From assembly GCA_951406725.2 (NCBI GenBank), contig OX597829.1, positions 36,456,001-36,520,000 on the forward strand: a stretch of 64,000 bases of DNA, given 5' to 3'. The notes under the pieces are model-generated. The model worked only from the letters and a program-made list of their open reading frames with translations. It searched no databases and was not told the DNA's origin. The translations under genes were made by a program, and so were the position numbers. Source of the DNA: Octopus vulgaris. Its lineage: Eukaryota. Below are positions 11,326 through 27,355 of this stretch, one piece after another (within the stretch, counting starts at the first letter, position 1; each line of letters starts with the position of its first letter).

Positions 11326-11556
11326 ATTTCTTTACTACCCACAAGGGGCTAAACATAGAGAGGACAAACAAGGACAGACAAACGGATTAAGTCGATTATA
11401 TCGACCCCAGTGCTTAACTGGTACTTATTTAATCGACCCCGAAAGGATGAAAGGCAAAGTCGACCTCGGCGGAATTTGAACTCAGAACGTAGCGACAGAC
11501 GAAATACCGCTCGGCATTTCGCCCGGCGTGCTAACGTTTCTGCCAGCTCGCCGCCT
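11326..11556 (-). mobile_element. tRNA-derived SINE family 2 with 14-bp TSD
   Basis: TSD tggcactaatacct at 11312-11325 and 11557-11570; B box gagttcaaattcc; central gcctttcatcctttcggggtcga domain (Meta/Sauria-SINE-like). Confidence 0.9.
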
Positions 11557-12189
11557 TGGCACTAATACCTTCATTAATACGTTTCTGCCATGGCACTAAT
11601 ACCTTCACATAAATTTCTCATGTGTTTAAGCCGTGGCTTCAGCTCAAGACCGTCTAGAATAAGTCGGGTATACTAAATGACACAGGCTCTACATGAGCTC
11701 TCTTTCTCCTAAATAGTTAATGCTCAATAACTGCTATCACCCATCAGTATTTTTCTACCCAATAACATTAACCTTCAAAATAGCACCGTCTTTTCTGTTA
11801 TGACTACATATCCAATACTGGCAAAAATTGTTTACTAAATAAATAATCTCCTCAGATTATGAAATATAGACATTTCTCTAAAAAGGAAAACAAAAACAGT
11901 AGCAATCAAATGAAACATTGAAAATATCCAACTCGTATATACACGTAGGAGGACATTGGATGTATAATTGCAAATCATTAAATATTATATGATGCATTTG
12001 TTTCTTGAAAACATTTGGTAAATTTCCAACACTGTACGAAAGAGATGTAATCGAAGTGTTTCTGCTCCTGGAAAATTGAGAGGAATTTTAGCGAAACCTC
12101 ACATATGTACAAATGAAAAATATTCAACATTCTATATAATTTCCTTCTATTAATGTGCCATCATTTTATGGGAATATATCAGGAGACTA

Positions 12190-12232
<43 letters not shown>

Positions 12233-12234
<2 letters not shown>

Positions 12235-12641
12235 TTTTACTCTTTTACTTGTTTCAGTCATTTTGACTGCGGCCATGCTGGAGCACCGCCTTTAGTTGAG
12301 CAAATCGACCCCGGGACTAATTCTTTGTAAGCCAAGTGGTCATTCTATCGGTCTCTTTTGCCGAACCGCTAAGTGACGGGGACGTAAACACACCAGCATC
12401 GGTTGTCAAGCAATGCTAGGGGGACAAACACAGACACACAAACACACACACACACACATATACATATACATATATATATACATATATACGACAGGTTTCT
12501 TTCAGTTTCCGTCTACCAAATCCACTCACAAGGCATTGGTCAGCCCGGGGCTATAGCAGAAGACACTTGCCCAAGATGCCACGCAGTGGGACTGAACCCG
12601 GAACCATGTGGTTGGTTAGCAAGCCACTTACCACACAGCCA
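12233..12641 (-). mobile_element. SINE family 1, near full length
   Basis: Reverse complement of the 888-1480 family, flanked by TA-rich microsatellites. Confidence 0.88.
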
Positions 12642-12642
12642 T

Positions 12643-12681
<39 letters not shown>

Positions 12682-13333
12682 CATATATATATATATATAG
12701 AATAGTGGTACAACAAGGCACCAATGTTTACTGGAAATAGCAGTCGATAAATTTACGACGCTATAGTAAAGCTTCACTGTGTATATGTCGACAAAGACGT
12801 GTGAGGCCAGGAAGCATAAAAAGATTTCGTCTTACATCCAGGAAGAGCATTAGATAAATGGGCAACCCATAATTGGATAATCTAGTACCTTGATTTCGGA
12901 CTCTTCAAATACGTTTGTTATCGTAAATTTGATTAATCTTCTTTATCTAGATTTACCTGGACAATAAGCCTAAACATTTACCTTATTGGTGATGTCAATG
13001 TGCTTGGTTTTCAAGAATTGGTTATTGGAGGAGAAGTGTGGATTACAGTGCTGACAGTAAAGTCTAAGAAATCGATTCGTTATCATATATATACATGTAA
13101 TTTTGTTAACTGACTTACAAATGTATGTGTGTATTTATTTGGTTGTGCGTTTAAAATTATGCTGTGAATTTCTATTGATTGCCTGGGTGTGTTCCTTCTA
13201 AATTTCCCTTACCCTTCGATTTAGCTCGCAATGAGCACATCTTAATACAGTCCATATATTGTGAAGCATACTTAAAAATATACTTATAAGAAAATTTTAC
13301 TTTATATATATATATATTTAAACACACACACAA

Positions 13334-13443
<110 letters not shown>

Positions 13444-13444
13444 G

Positions 13445-13637
13445 ACCTCGTGTGTACCGGTGGTGATTGTTTTCCTCTGTTTTCCCTTCTCTGGATCTTT
13501 CCTTCTATGTTTCCGATGAAGAGCCCGCTCGAAACGTTAAACTCTCATTCTTTCCTTCTTTCCTGAGCGTCCAATAATACTATATTTGTTCCACGGCCTC
13601 GCGTTGTTGTGTTTTTTTTCTGCTTTCTTGTTTGGAT

Positions 13638-13642
<5 letters not shown>
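13445..13642 (+). mobile_element. Short PLE-like pseudo-LTR in (TA)n
   Basis: Pyrimidine-rich ~200-bp segment between (TA)n runs with a central hammerhead motif. Confidence 0.65.
13509..13542 (+). ncRNA. Minimal hammerhead-like motif (CCGATGA core, palindromic stem III)
   Basis: gttt-CCGATGA-a-gagc-cc-gctc-GAAA-cg-TT-aaac; loopless palindromic ACGT stem III as in PLE minimal hammerheads. Confidence 0.75.
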
Positions 13643-13669
<27 letters not shown>

Positions 13670-13679
13670 GCTATGTATA

Positions 13680-13975
13680 TATAATAATTATTATTTGAGG
13701 GAATATTATTCCTAACTTACAGGGAAAAATTCAATTTAGAAATACTAAATCAAATTTCACAAAATATAATATATATATATAAATTAGAAAAAAAACACCA
13801 TTTATCAATTCAAAATGAACAATTAAATTACACTATCTAGAAAATTACATATAATAGAAATATTAAAATTAGAATAACAATAATATACCGATGATTAAGT
13901 AAATTGCAAAATAATAATTTGGTAGAATATCGACACTTGTTTCGTGGCTATATCTAAGAAATAATTAATAAATAT

Positions 13976-14061
<86 letters not shown>

Positions 14062-14730
14062 ATACTAAATATACATTAAGTGAAAACTAAAAACAATATT
14101 TAAATTATTCAATACTTTAAAATTAATTAATATACACAATGCTAGTACAAGCCATTAATATCGTAATCAAAATAAGAAATAGTTCAAATATAGACAAACT
14201 CATTAAATAAGCTAACTATATAATTAATATATATGTGTAGTATCTATAGATTTAACATATCACTCTATAATATATTTGACTAAATATCTATTAATATAAT
14301 GCCTAATTATCTTAAATTTAATACTACTTAATAAATATACCACCTAATAATTAAATAATATATTGTCTAATAAAATTAATTCTCAAATTAAATTAAATGT
14401 AATACGTTAGATCCCTTTATGACAAAAAATTAAATAAATAGATATAATAATTAATATCTATCGTAATTTATAACTATCAATATATATAAAAATGATATAA
14501 TGGCGAAAATTATTTACTAATGGAAAGTAAGAAACATTTAAGCCCCATAAATTAAAGAAAGGTGCAAGAATATTAGAACAAATGAACAATAAACTATGAA
14601 GATATTCAACCACAAATATTGTTATTGACTGGATTTGTAGAGGACTGTCGCTTGTATAATATACTTCATTGATTATCTCCTACTTTAATTAATACTTAAA
14701 TATCTTAAATATGAAGTAACTTCATGTATT
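13680..14730 (-). repeat. Very AT-rich interspersed repeat (PLE pseudo-LTR-like)
   Basis: Its end (cttacagggaaaaat) recurs in reverse at ~26200-26255 and ~55780-55870, each time beside (TA)n. Confidence 0.5.
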
Positions 14731-15450
14731 TCAGTATACAAGGTCTCTCGGGGAAAAAAATTTGCTTTTTCTGTTATGATGCAACAGGCCCCCAATATTT
14801 AGTAAAAATATTGACCTGACGACCGTACAGGCGTTAGGGCAGGTCATCTCGTGTCTGTTGACTGCGGTGATCTTGTGCAGTGGTGAGCAAGGTTCCTTGT
14901 TTGTGCTTGATGTAGCCAGGTCAGTTACTGCACAATCTTTTGAGCCATGCACAAAAAAGATTCTTGCTAAGCTGCTACCTTGCGCATAACATCTGAAGAG
15001 CGCAGTACTTTCGCATATTTTTTCTTTGGAGGCGATTTGAGCCTTTTCTCAGAGAAGTATTTCTTCTTAAGGCCCCTGTAGTTTTGGCGGGATCTCGGGT
15101 GAGCAAACCGGCAGTTTGTACCGTCTTCTCCATGCCAACATTTGCCTTGCAGGTAAAATTTGCCGGCTCTTGAGAGCACTCCAAATTTCTTCTCTCCTCT
15201 AGGGTTTCGAATTCCATTGGAGCTTCCACATTTGAGTTTTCTGATTTTTGTTTGGTGGGTTGAGGTTTCGGTTTTAGTTGTTTCCTTTTTTACCTTTTCC
15301 TTTTACTCCCCTTCCTCCTTTATGTTTGTGCTTGTGTTCTTTCTTTTCTTTTCTTGTAGTAGCATTTGCATTCCTCTGGTTGTCCAATGGGGTGAGGACT
15401 TCGCTTCTTAGTAGGACCACAAGCACAGAGGGTCTTCTGGTTTTTGTTTC
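14731..15450 (-). pseudogene. LINE 5' relic: CCCH zinc-finger ORF1 followed by the start of an APE-like domain (CR1/L2-like)
   Basis: KFYLQGKCWHGEDGTNCRFAHP (CCCH-like), then SIFLLNIGGL..KSK resembling the APE N-terminal NxxGL motif; frameshifted. Confidence 0.45.
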
Positions 15451-15553
15451 GTATATATACATATATATGTGTGTGTGTGTGTATGTGTGTGTATGTGCGT
15501 GTGTGTATGTATGTATGTATATGTATATGTATGTATGTATGTATATATATGTA

Positions 15554-15591
<38 letters not shown>

Positions 15592-15632
15592 CATATATAT
15601 ATATACATACACACTCATAAATATATATATAC

Positions 15633-15665
<33 letters not shown>

Positions 15666-15685
15666 TATATATACTATGAATGCAA

Positions 15686-15753
15686 ATTGATTGTAATACT
15701 GGAATAGATAGATTTGCTTCAAGAGGAAACAGCTGGGGTTTACCCTAACTGAC

Positions 15754-15819
<66 letters not shown>

Positions 15820-15908
15820 TAGTGTCTGTGTGTGTGATAAGTAAGTTAGGCTAAATTCCAGCTGTTTCTTCTTGAAGCACATCTGCTTATTCCAATATTA
15901 CAATCAAT
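15686..15908. repeat. Imperfect 70-bp inverted repeat enclosing (GT)n(GA)n
   Basis: 15686-15755 is approximately the reverse complement of 15839-15908. Confidence 0.85.
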
Positions 15909-16254
15909 ATGGATCCATAGTTGGTGCTGTATGGCTGTATGTAAGTCAAATTCATATTAGAATTGAGAATTATAGTAAAACTATTTGCAAAGATAATTTA
16001 TAATAAAATAGGTAATTGGAAATATTTTGGTATTATTTATTTGTCATTATATGTGTTCCATTTGCTAATAGGAATTACTAAGATTTGCATGTCTATCTAA
16101 CATGTAAAATTTTGAGATCCCTATTACGTCCCCGGAATTTAGCGGTTCAGCAAAAGAGTAAGTACCAGGCTTTGAAAAAAATGTGCTGGCGTTGATTCAT
16201 TCGACTCAAAATGGCCGCAGTCAAATGCGTGAAATCAGGGAACGATAAGAAATA

Positions 16255-16341
<87 letters not shown>

Positions 16342-16990
16342 CGTGCGTGTGTGTGTGCGTGTGTGTGTCTGTGTGCGCGCATATATAAATTGTCCGAGCA
16401 AGCTCGACCGGTGATGATGTTTGTATGTATGCATGAACATAATATTAAAATAGAACATTAAAGATTGCATGTAAGATATTTTGTTACACCATCTTTTACG
16501 ATCACTTGATAGCTTTTATCTTACATTTTTTTCAGTCATTGGACTGTTACTATGCTGGAACTACCTTGAAGGGTTTTAGTCAACAAATAGACTCTAGTAT
16601 TTTACTTTTTACACGTTGCATTAAGACATAATGTAAACTACACAATGAAGACTTACTGTCAAATCGTCAGTGACGAGTAACTTTAATGCGTAGTGTTATT
16701 GGAATAAATAAATGTTGATAGAATCAACCCTTAATTGAATAACAGGCAACGGTATTCAATTAACTTGGTAAAGTAATTTATATTTGGTATCGGAAGGAAG
16801 GAATTTACATGTAAAAGGGGAGATAAAAGGCAAATGGGAGATAAAAGTTTGCAATAAAGACGGTTGACAGAGTTAACAAAGCTCTTTCTGATTAATAGTT
16901 TCATTGGGTCATTTTATCAGTTGATTTTCTTTGATGTTAGTTTAGCCTTCGTTGGAAGAGATACAGACAGTAACAAAAACTAGATCAATG

Positions 16991-17060
<70 letters not shown>

Positions 17061-17149
17061 GATACATATACACATATATACATACATATACACGTATATA
17101 TACCTATCTAAACATTCATACATACATACACACACACACATACTATTGT

Positions 17150-18812
17150 AATCGATAAAGACCAACCTAGTACTTTGTATTCTCTCATATCGGATCTTCC
17201 CGAAACACAGGAGCTGGAAGTACCCCACACCCGAAATTTTCCAAAAGATGGCCATCCATGCTCGTCATCAAATAACCAAAAGAAAAAGAATCAAAAATGG
17301 TATTGGGGAGATAATAAAGTTCTTACGGCCTTCTAACATGCCATATATTTCCCCACAAATAAATCTAATACTATACAAACCTACTTAAACTGGAGTCAGA
17401 AACACCTTGAAGTAAGACCCTACATAGACAGTAGCAAACTTGCCAACGTCAGAAGAAACATTATGAAAAAGAAATTACTAACTGAAGTAGAGATTGACCA
17501 AATAAAAACAAGCAGTAAGGGATAAAAGGAACGAAACTGCAGCTAAAGAAGATACTACAGAGGAAATAATTATAGACCAGCCCAGGGCTGATGAAAATGC
17601 AATAATGATTGAAAGAGTTAATGTAATTGATAGGCAAAGGGAAATACTCTTTGAAACAAACATAAATACTAAGGCAGATGAAAATTAAATAGATAAAGAA
17701 AGTCACACAGAAATTGACCCAACAGAACTACATGATCGAAAAAAATCAAATCGTGATTGAATGGCTGAAAAGTAAAGAACCCCCCCACCCAAAAAAAATT
17801 TTCGCAAATCTAACCAAAACCTGAAAATAATTGGTAAAATCCGCCTTGCATTTAAGGATATAATTTCAGCTAATGATGTTAATATTACGGATCTCAACCA
17901 CCTGTACTACGCATCTTCGAAAATCTCAACGATTGTATGTGATGAAAAGATTAGAAAACGGCAACATTCCCACAAAAAGCCTTCTTGGCAAGAGCGTATT
18001 CAACACCAAATTCAGCTACTTACGTTTGACATAGAATGTTTAAAAAAAACCTTAAGTGTGACAAGACTATCAAACCTACAAAAATCCGAAAATTAAAAAA
18101 TATATATATGAAAACCATATTTGACATTGATACGACCATAGAAACCATGAAACCATCAAGCAAAAGATATGTGCTAAAGCTGCCCGCATAGCAAGGTGTG
18201 AAAAGCGCGTTAGATTATTCAAGGACAACATGTTCAAAAATAACCCAAAACATTTTTACAGGAAGATAGGAAAAATATCAGTTACAATAAAGTTTGTCCC
18301 ATCATAGGAAGTGCAGAAATTTTGCAATAAAATTTAGGCAGAAGGAAAAATACACAGAGATTGACATAATCGGAGAAATCCTCTGGTACTTCCCAATCCA
18401 AACATATACGGTGCTAGAGCATAACATGCCGGGGTGGACAAGGTACACCACATATGCTGTATAGTAGATGTTGTATGCCCATTTGACCCACGAATAGTCA
18501 AGAAGGAATGCGAAAAGATAGATATATACAACCCTCTTACGTACGAAACAGCCCGGCTCTAGAAAATAAAGAATGTGAAGATAGTGACAAGAATGTGGAG
18601 ATAGTGCCAAGTAGGCATGAAGAGGAATATAAATTGAAATAGCATGCCCAGTAGAATTGTTACAAAAGGTTTCCTCCTTGACACGGCCAGAATAATCAGG
18701 AAAGTATTAGATAGCAGAAAAGAATGAATAGCATGGTACCATAGACTGCAAGCTGTAAGCCTGCACGCATGCAAGAATCCAGGAGTTCCAACAATACATG
18801 TGATAAAGAGAA
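17150..18812 (+). mobile_element. Internally deleted, decayed R4/Dong-like LINE (N-terminus joined to REL domain, RT missing)
   Basis: RPYIDSSKLANVRRNIMKKKLLTEVEIDQIK (~17415), NMFKNNPKHFYRKIG (~18230), then IVDVVCPFD..KIDIY (~18460); ends at (AAT)n. Confidence 0.7.
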
Positions 18813-21376
<2,564 letters not shown>

Positions 21377-21603
21377 TTTGTTAATGCCCACAAGGGACTA
21401 CACACAGAGAGGACAAGCAAGGATTGACAAACGGATCAAGTCGATTATAATGACCCCAATGCGTAACTGCTACTTATTTAATCGACCCCGAAAGGATGAA
21501 AGGCAAATCGACCTTGGCGGAATTTGAACTCAGAACGTAGCGGCAGACGAATTACCGCTAAGCATATCGCCCGACGTGCTAACGATTCTGCCAGCGCGCT
21601 GCT
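21377..21603 (-). mobile_element. SINE family 2
   Basis: Similar to 11326-11556. Confidence 0.85.
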
Positions 21604-21999
21604 TTTATAATAATAATAATAGAGACAACACCGGGGACGTTTAACATGTGAGAACGATAAGACACTGATCCGAAATCTATCAAAAAACATTGAGAATAAA
21701 GACAACAAATGGAGCCTAAATTAACTGACAAAGTGTTAGACTATATCCGAGTAAGTAATACTCATCAAAATTTATTTATATTTTCCGAATGAAATGACGT
21801 ATTTTAACTCAGTGTCACCTCCGTCACTCGCACAACGAGTGAAAACGCGCTCACCACACTGACAATGCGCTGGATAACACCCGAGTAATACTCATTAAAA
21901 GTGTTGGACTATATCTGAGTAAGTACATATCGGACTATATCACATTAAGTACACATCACAAACACGTAAGTACATAAACTAATTAATTACATATACGTC

Positions 22000-23310
22000 C
22001 CGCGTGATGTAGGTTATAAGAAGGCGGTCACGGCCTTTGTGGATGACATCACTATCGTCGTGGCCGAGGTGGATCATCTACAGATTGTAGGTGAAGCCAT
22101 CAAGGAATACGAGACTGTGGCAGGAGCAAACATTAACCGAAAAGTCGGCTTGCAACTTGGCACCTGGAGAGGCAAGTCGATGCCTTCCAACAGCATCATA
22201 GGGCGTTGGACGGAAGGGTCGGTTAAAATGCTAGGGTTTTGTTTGGACCAAACCTCAGGATAGAGAATTGGGGCGAGGTGGCGAGCTATGTGACTCATCT
22301 AACTCAGACCTGGTCTGAGCGATCGATATCATTGAAAAGGAGGATGGAGGTCACTGATATGTTTGTCGCTTCTGTGATTAACTACCACATAACCGTTGTG
22401 CCTTGTTCCGTTTCGTGGCCATCGAAATTGGAACGGCTCCTTTTCCGGTTTTTGTAGAAGGGTATAGGTCCTCTTGTGAAGCACTCTATCTGCTGCCAAC
22501 ACCCACTAAAGAGTGGCCTAGGGATGCTTTGGCTGTCAATGCGCAAATTTGCGCTGAGGCTGAAGCATCAGTAGCTCTACCTGTATGGTGAACAGACGTG
22601 GTCTCCGTTCGTCAGATCGCTACTTCCAAGGTTCCCTAGCTTTAGTAAATTAGAACCATGAATCAAACGTAGCCCAAAGTACGGCAACTGGCATATGGAG
22701 TGTCTGTTGGCACTCCGGTTTCTCTCTCATACGTCCTTTATAGATGGTGAGGAGAGGCTAGGAATGATGACGGCCTGGAAGAAACTCTGGACTTCGATGA
22801 AAATCAGCCAGCCAGCCAGCCAGCCTCTTCCGAAGATTATTCGGGCCAGAGTATTTGGATAACTTCCAGAGATCTCTGATCTGGCAATATTTTCCGAGGT
22901 GCGTTACCGGTTTGCGTTAAACTCGCAGTGCATGGTGGCTCCTGTTCACCCATGTGCCCAAAATGCGTACAGGACAGGGAAACCGTTCTGCACGCGATTG
23001 TGTAATGCCCCAAAATTTCAGAAATGTGGGTTTACGTTTAACGTCTGTTGTAACGATTGGGAAGAGTACAGCTGTCTTCCGAGTCGATCGTAAAAATTAT
23101 TCCCTTTCCTCCTTGTTCTCTCATTGTAGTAATTATAGCAAAAGAGGTAGTTTGGAAGACCTGCGAGAAAGGAATCATCATAGGCCTTGGGTTGGTGAGG
23201 TTTCTCACCTTCACCTGAGAAGGAAAATAAGGGTGGAGAAGGAGTGCCTGTCTCCGGACGAATATAAGACGGATATTGTGAGAATGATGAGAGTGAATGA
23301 TTCCGCATGA
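22000..23310 (+). mobile_element. Decayed L1/Tx1-clade LINE 3' part (RT to C-terminus)
   Basis: AFVDDITIVV, GANINR, LGTWRGK, QTWSERSISLK, LERLLFRFL and ICCQHPLKSGLGM across frameshifts. Confidence 0.7.
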
Positions 23311-26078
23311 GCGTGTCCATAAGGTTTCTGCTTAACATCTGCTGCTACAATTCTGTCTTTCAGATGGCATCCTTCGGAGGAAAGCTTGCAATGGAACATG
23401 GATTCATCCCAACTTTCAAGGTCCAGGGATAGATCTACCATTTGATTGGGTCTATTTGGCCTCTGGCAGAAAAGGATCCTCAATTTCTTCAGTTATACTT
23501 TGTTGGAAACTATCAGGAGCAGGCAGAGAAGCGAAACTATTTCGCCCGAAACTAACATTGAAACCATAATAAAACTTCAGGAAATGATTCATGACAAAAA
23601 CAGCGATGTTCGCAGCTCCGAGTATGTGGTCATATATGCTGACCGAAGGCTATCTAGAAAACACGCTGGTCGGTTCAAAGCACCAACATGTATATGAGAT
23701 TGCAACGGTTATTTATGGTGAACAGCACAAGAGAGATATCATTCTAAAGCACCAAGATATCACATTACAGCGTATCAATGAGACACACAGGTCCTATGGT
23801 GCACTCCAGTATCCTTTGCTATTTATCCATTTTGACATTCCTCAACATTCAGCAGGCAATGGTGAGGCACATCTTAGCAAAACTGTCGCCTTACATGACT
23901 GTCAAAATGGAGTCCGAGAGATTATGGTCCATTAAATTAAATCAAAAGAAACTTCGATCTGAATGCATATTCTTCCTGGACGCACCTGAAGGCACGGGGA
24001 AAACATTTGTAATCAAACTTTTACTCGCTGCAGAAGGCAACAAGGAAACATGGCATTGGCTGTGGCTTCTTTCGGCATTGCAGCAACTTTACTTCCTGGT
24101 GGCAGGATGACCCATTCTGCCTTCAGTCTTCCTCTCAACGTGACATCATCTGAGACACCCATGTGCAACATCAGCAAGTCTTCCGGAAAAGCACAAGTTT
24201 TAAAGCGCTGCCTACTAATTGTTTGGGGAAAATGCACAATAGTCCACAAGGCGGCTTTCGAGGCATTAGACTGATGACTCAGAGACATCAGGGACTATCA
24301 AGAACAAATGGGAGGTGTCACTTTCCAGTTATCTGGGGACTTCCGACAGACTTTGCTTGTAATCCCCAAAGGTACGTGAGCTGATGAGGTTGGTGCATGC
24401 TTTAAGGCATCCCCACTTTGGCGAGAAGTAAGAAAGCTGACACTTGCAACAAACATGAGAGCACAACTGCAAGGTGATGAGACATCAACAGGTTTAGCTG
24501 CAGCCATTTTGTCGTTGGGAGATGGCAAAGTCCCACTCAATGGAGATGGTGCAGTGGATCTCACCAGGATTTCAGATGCGTTAAGTTAATTGCTGAGTTA
24601 CAGACATCTGTTTTTCCTAATCTTGAGGAGAACAACACAAATTAAGAGTGGTTGTGTGAACGCGCAATATTGGCTTCAAAAAACCATATAGTTGAAAACA
24701 TCAATGAACAGCTCATGCTGTGATTACCTGGAAACCTGCACGTCTACAAGTCCATTGACTATGGTTGATCCGGACGAAGTTGTTAATTACCCCACAGAAT
24801 TTCTTAACTCCCTAAACCCTCCCTGATTGCCACCACACTTATTGCGACTTAAGAAAGGTGCCCCTGTCATGATCCTCAGAAATTTTGAAACCACCCCCAG
24901 GCTTTTCAACGACATGCGTCCAAAAGGTAAAAAAATACTTACAGGATGTGGTAAGGGGGTTACTGTCTTCATACCAAAGATACATTTCATTCCATCCGGT
25001 AAAGACATTCCTTTCCCATTCAGAAGGCTACAATTCCCTCTCCGGTTCAGTTTCGCTATGTCGATTAACAAATCAGAGTCAGATGCTGATGGTCGTAGGG
25101 CTTAATTCAGAAGAACCGTGCTTTTTTCATGGTCAACTATATGTTGGCTGCTCTCGAGAGGGGAGCCGACATAACCTATTTGCTTTTGCAACTCGTGAGA
25201 AAACCCAAAATATAGTCTATAAGGAAGTTTTGTAGGCGTCCAATCCGCCAACAAGTAATTGTTGTTTTTATTTTGTATAAGTGCTTACATTTGCTGTATT
25301 TGTGTGCTATTTTCGTCCTTTTGACAATACCACATATGCCTCTGAGGCTGCTTTTTTTATACATTATAAATGTTCAATGTCTCTGTTTTCCGCATTTATA
25401 TGTTGCAATCACGCTTTGCTATCGATGTTTCGTAGCTTTAACTTAATCTACTTTTTCCTACATCTTATTTACAATTTCTTTGACATTCCAGCGTGAGCTT
25501 GCCAAGACCGTTTTTATGCTTTTCTAGGTTACTTTTACATGCTTTTCTAGGTTACAATCTCAAAGAACAAAGCAAATACAACACACCAAAGTTGTGTGAA
25601 GGACTTCTTAAGGGCCACCAACTCTAATCAGAGTTTTCTTTACTGACAGCTCTGCCGCTGGGACTTTAAAGCGTGAACGATAAAAGGTCCACTTCAGGGC
25701 CATCAAGTTTAAATTGTTACCATTGGATTCATCTTTGCTGGCAGTCCGCCGCTGAGATAATTCAAAGTGAACGTTAAAAGGTCTACATCAGGGTCACCAA
25801 CCATAAATTGTTATCACTGAATTCATCTTTGCTGGCAGCACCACCGCTGAGACTTTTAAGAGTGAACGATCCAAGGCTCTCTCCAGGGCCAGCAAGATTA
25901 AATTGTTACCATCGGATTCATCCTTGCTGGCAGCACCGCCACAGAGATATTTCTAGGGCAAACACCAGTAAATTATTATTTCTATAGTCGTGTTTCGTGT
26001 TTGATGGAAGTCTTTTGGTCCATTTGAACGACTACACCATTGAAAGTTATGCAGGGCAACGCCGGGTACCTCTACTAT
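23310..26078 (+). mobile_element. Helitron relic (Rep/PIF1-like helicase pseudogene, minisatellite, degenerate 3' end)
   Basis: YNSVFQMASFG and HRSYGALQYPLLF (Rep region); FFLDAPEGTGKTF, AVASFGIAATLLPGGRMTHSAF, GDFRQTL, PPHLLRLKKGAPVMILRN, RLQFPLRFSFAMSINKS and HGQLYVGCSR (helicase). GC-rich gggcaacgccggg then CTAT (CTAG-like) at 26075-26078. Confidence 0.88.
25590..25945. repeat. Diverged ~94-bp tandem repeat (~4 copies) inside the Helitron 3' region
   Basis: attcatc(t/c)ttgctggcag recurs at ~25727, ~25821 and ~25916, with gtgaacg...cagggcc...aaattgtta in each unit. Confidence 0.85.
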
Positions 26079-26110
<32 letters not shown>

Positions 26111-26255
26111 TGTATGTATGTATGTATGTATGTATGTATGTATGTGTATATCTCATACAGACACACACAAATATATATATATATTATATTAAATTAGAGA
26201 TAAATCTGGTTTTTCCCTGTAAGTTTGGATTTATTACCTAATATTTTATTATAAT

Positions 26256-26301
<46 letters not shown>

Positions 26302-26306
26302 GAGAG

Positions 26307-26404
<98 letters not shown>

Positions 26405-26695
26405 TGCATATACATTGTACAGATATTTCTTATTTACATATAAAAGTACTTCTTTCCTTTGCTCGTTACTGTTTTATACAGCAACCACTCTTGACGGCAC
26501 CTATTTATTCTGTTGCTAAAAGAATAACTGTTGCATAACGGCGGAGATGGGGGATAGTGACCGAAATATTTGATGTACCGCTGGTGACATCTAGATGTTT
26601 TTCTGTAATTAAATATCTTACCTCGGTAAATTAAAATGGCATTGCCTAAGTTTATCTGTGTCTATTGACAAAGTATACGAGATGCGTTTCCAAAG

Positions 26696-27355
26696 CATCC
26701 GACTTTATTTTTCCCGCCCAAACTAACGACGTTTGGACAAAATCCTTTCTGGGAGAGGTGAAGCGACTTTTTCCTTTACTGTGCATGCGTGATAATTTTC
26801 GCACCGGTAGGCCCTGTCACTTCCAATCAATTACGCCTAGAATACAGATAAGAGGTGTGCGATTGTTGAATTTTCGTTTTCACCGAACGCATTGAGTAGA
26901 CGGACATATACACACACAGTTTTGCCAAAAAGCCGGTGATACTCACACTCAAACAAACTAGAAGGTTCAGTGGGCCTTTGACGATGATACGATGAACAAA
27001 ACTCAGATGAAGGAGTGGTACAACTGCTTCAAACATGGCCGCCATCTCAGGGGACAGTAAGGCGCGCTCTCAGGTAGGCGATCCGCAAGTTTGAGCGAGG
27101 AGCTGATTGAGAAGTTTCGTCGAATATCCTTGGAGAACTGTCGTGTAACAATGCAAGAAATTGCTCACAAAGTGGAAATAAACACAAGATCAGTACATTC
27201 CATTATAACGGAAGATTATGCACACGGAAAGTGTCGTCCTCAAGACGCTGGCGGCTCAGCCGAAGCAACTCAGCATGGAAATCACTCAAAACATGCTGGA
27301 ATGTGCAAACCACGAACCAGGCATCTGGAAGACCATGATCACGGATTCATGGTCT
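26696..27355 (+). mobile_element. Mariner transposon 5' relic
   Basis: TA-CGAG terminus; EWYNCFKHGR..RSGR..., RVTMQEIAHKVEINTRSVHSIITED (HTH) and KTMIT-D-SW-like motifs. Confidence 0.7.

Noticed and set aside
13925-13950. Hammerhead 3' half on the minus strand (GAAAcaagtgTC)
   Set aside because: No matching CUGANGA and stem I partner found nearby.
23960-25235. Host PIF1 helicase gene
   Set aside because: Multiple stops and frameshifts, no introns evident, preceded by Helitron Rep-region motifs and followed by a Helitron-type 3' end.
25590-25945. CRISPR-like array
   Set aside because: Eukaryotic context; whole units are homologous, with no unique spacers and no cas genes.
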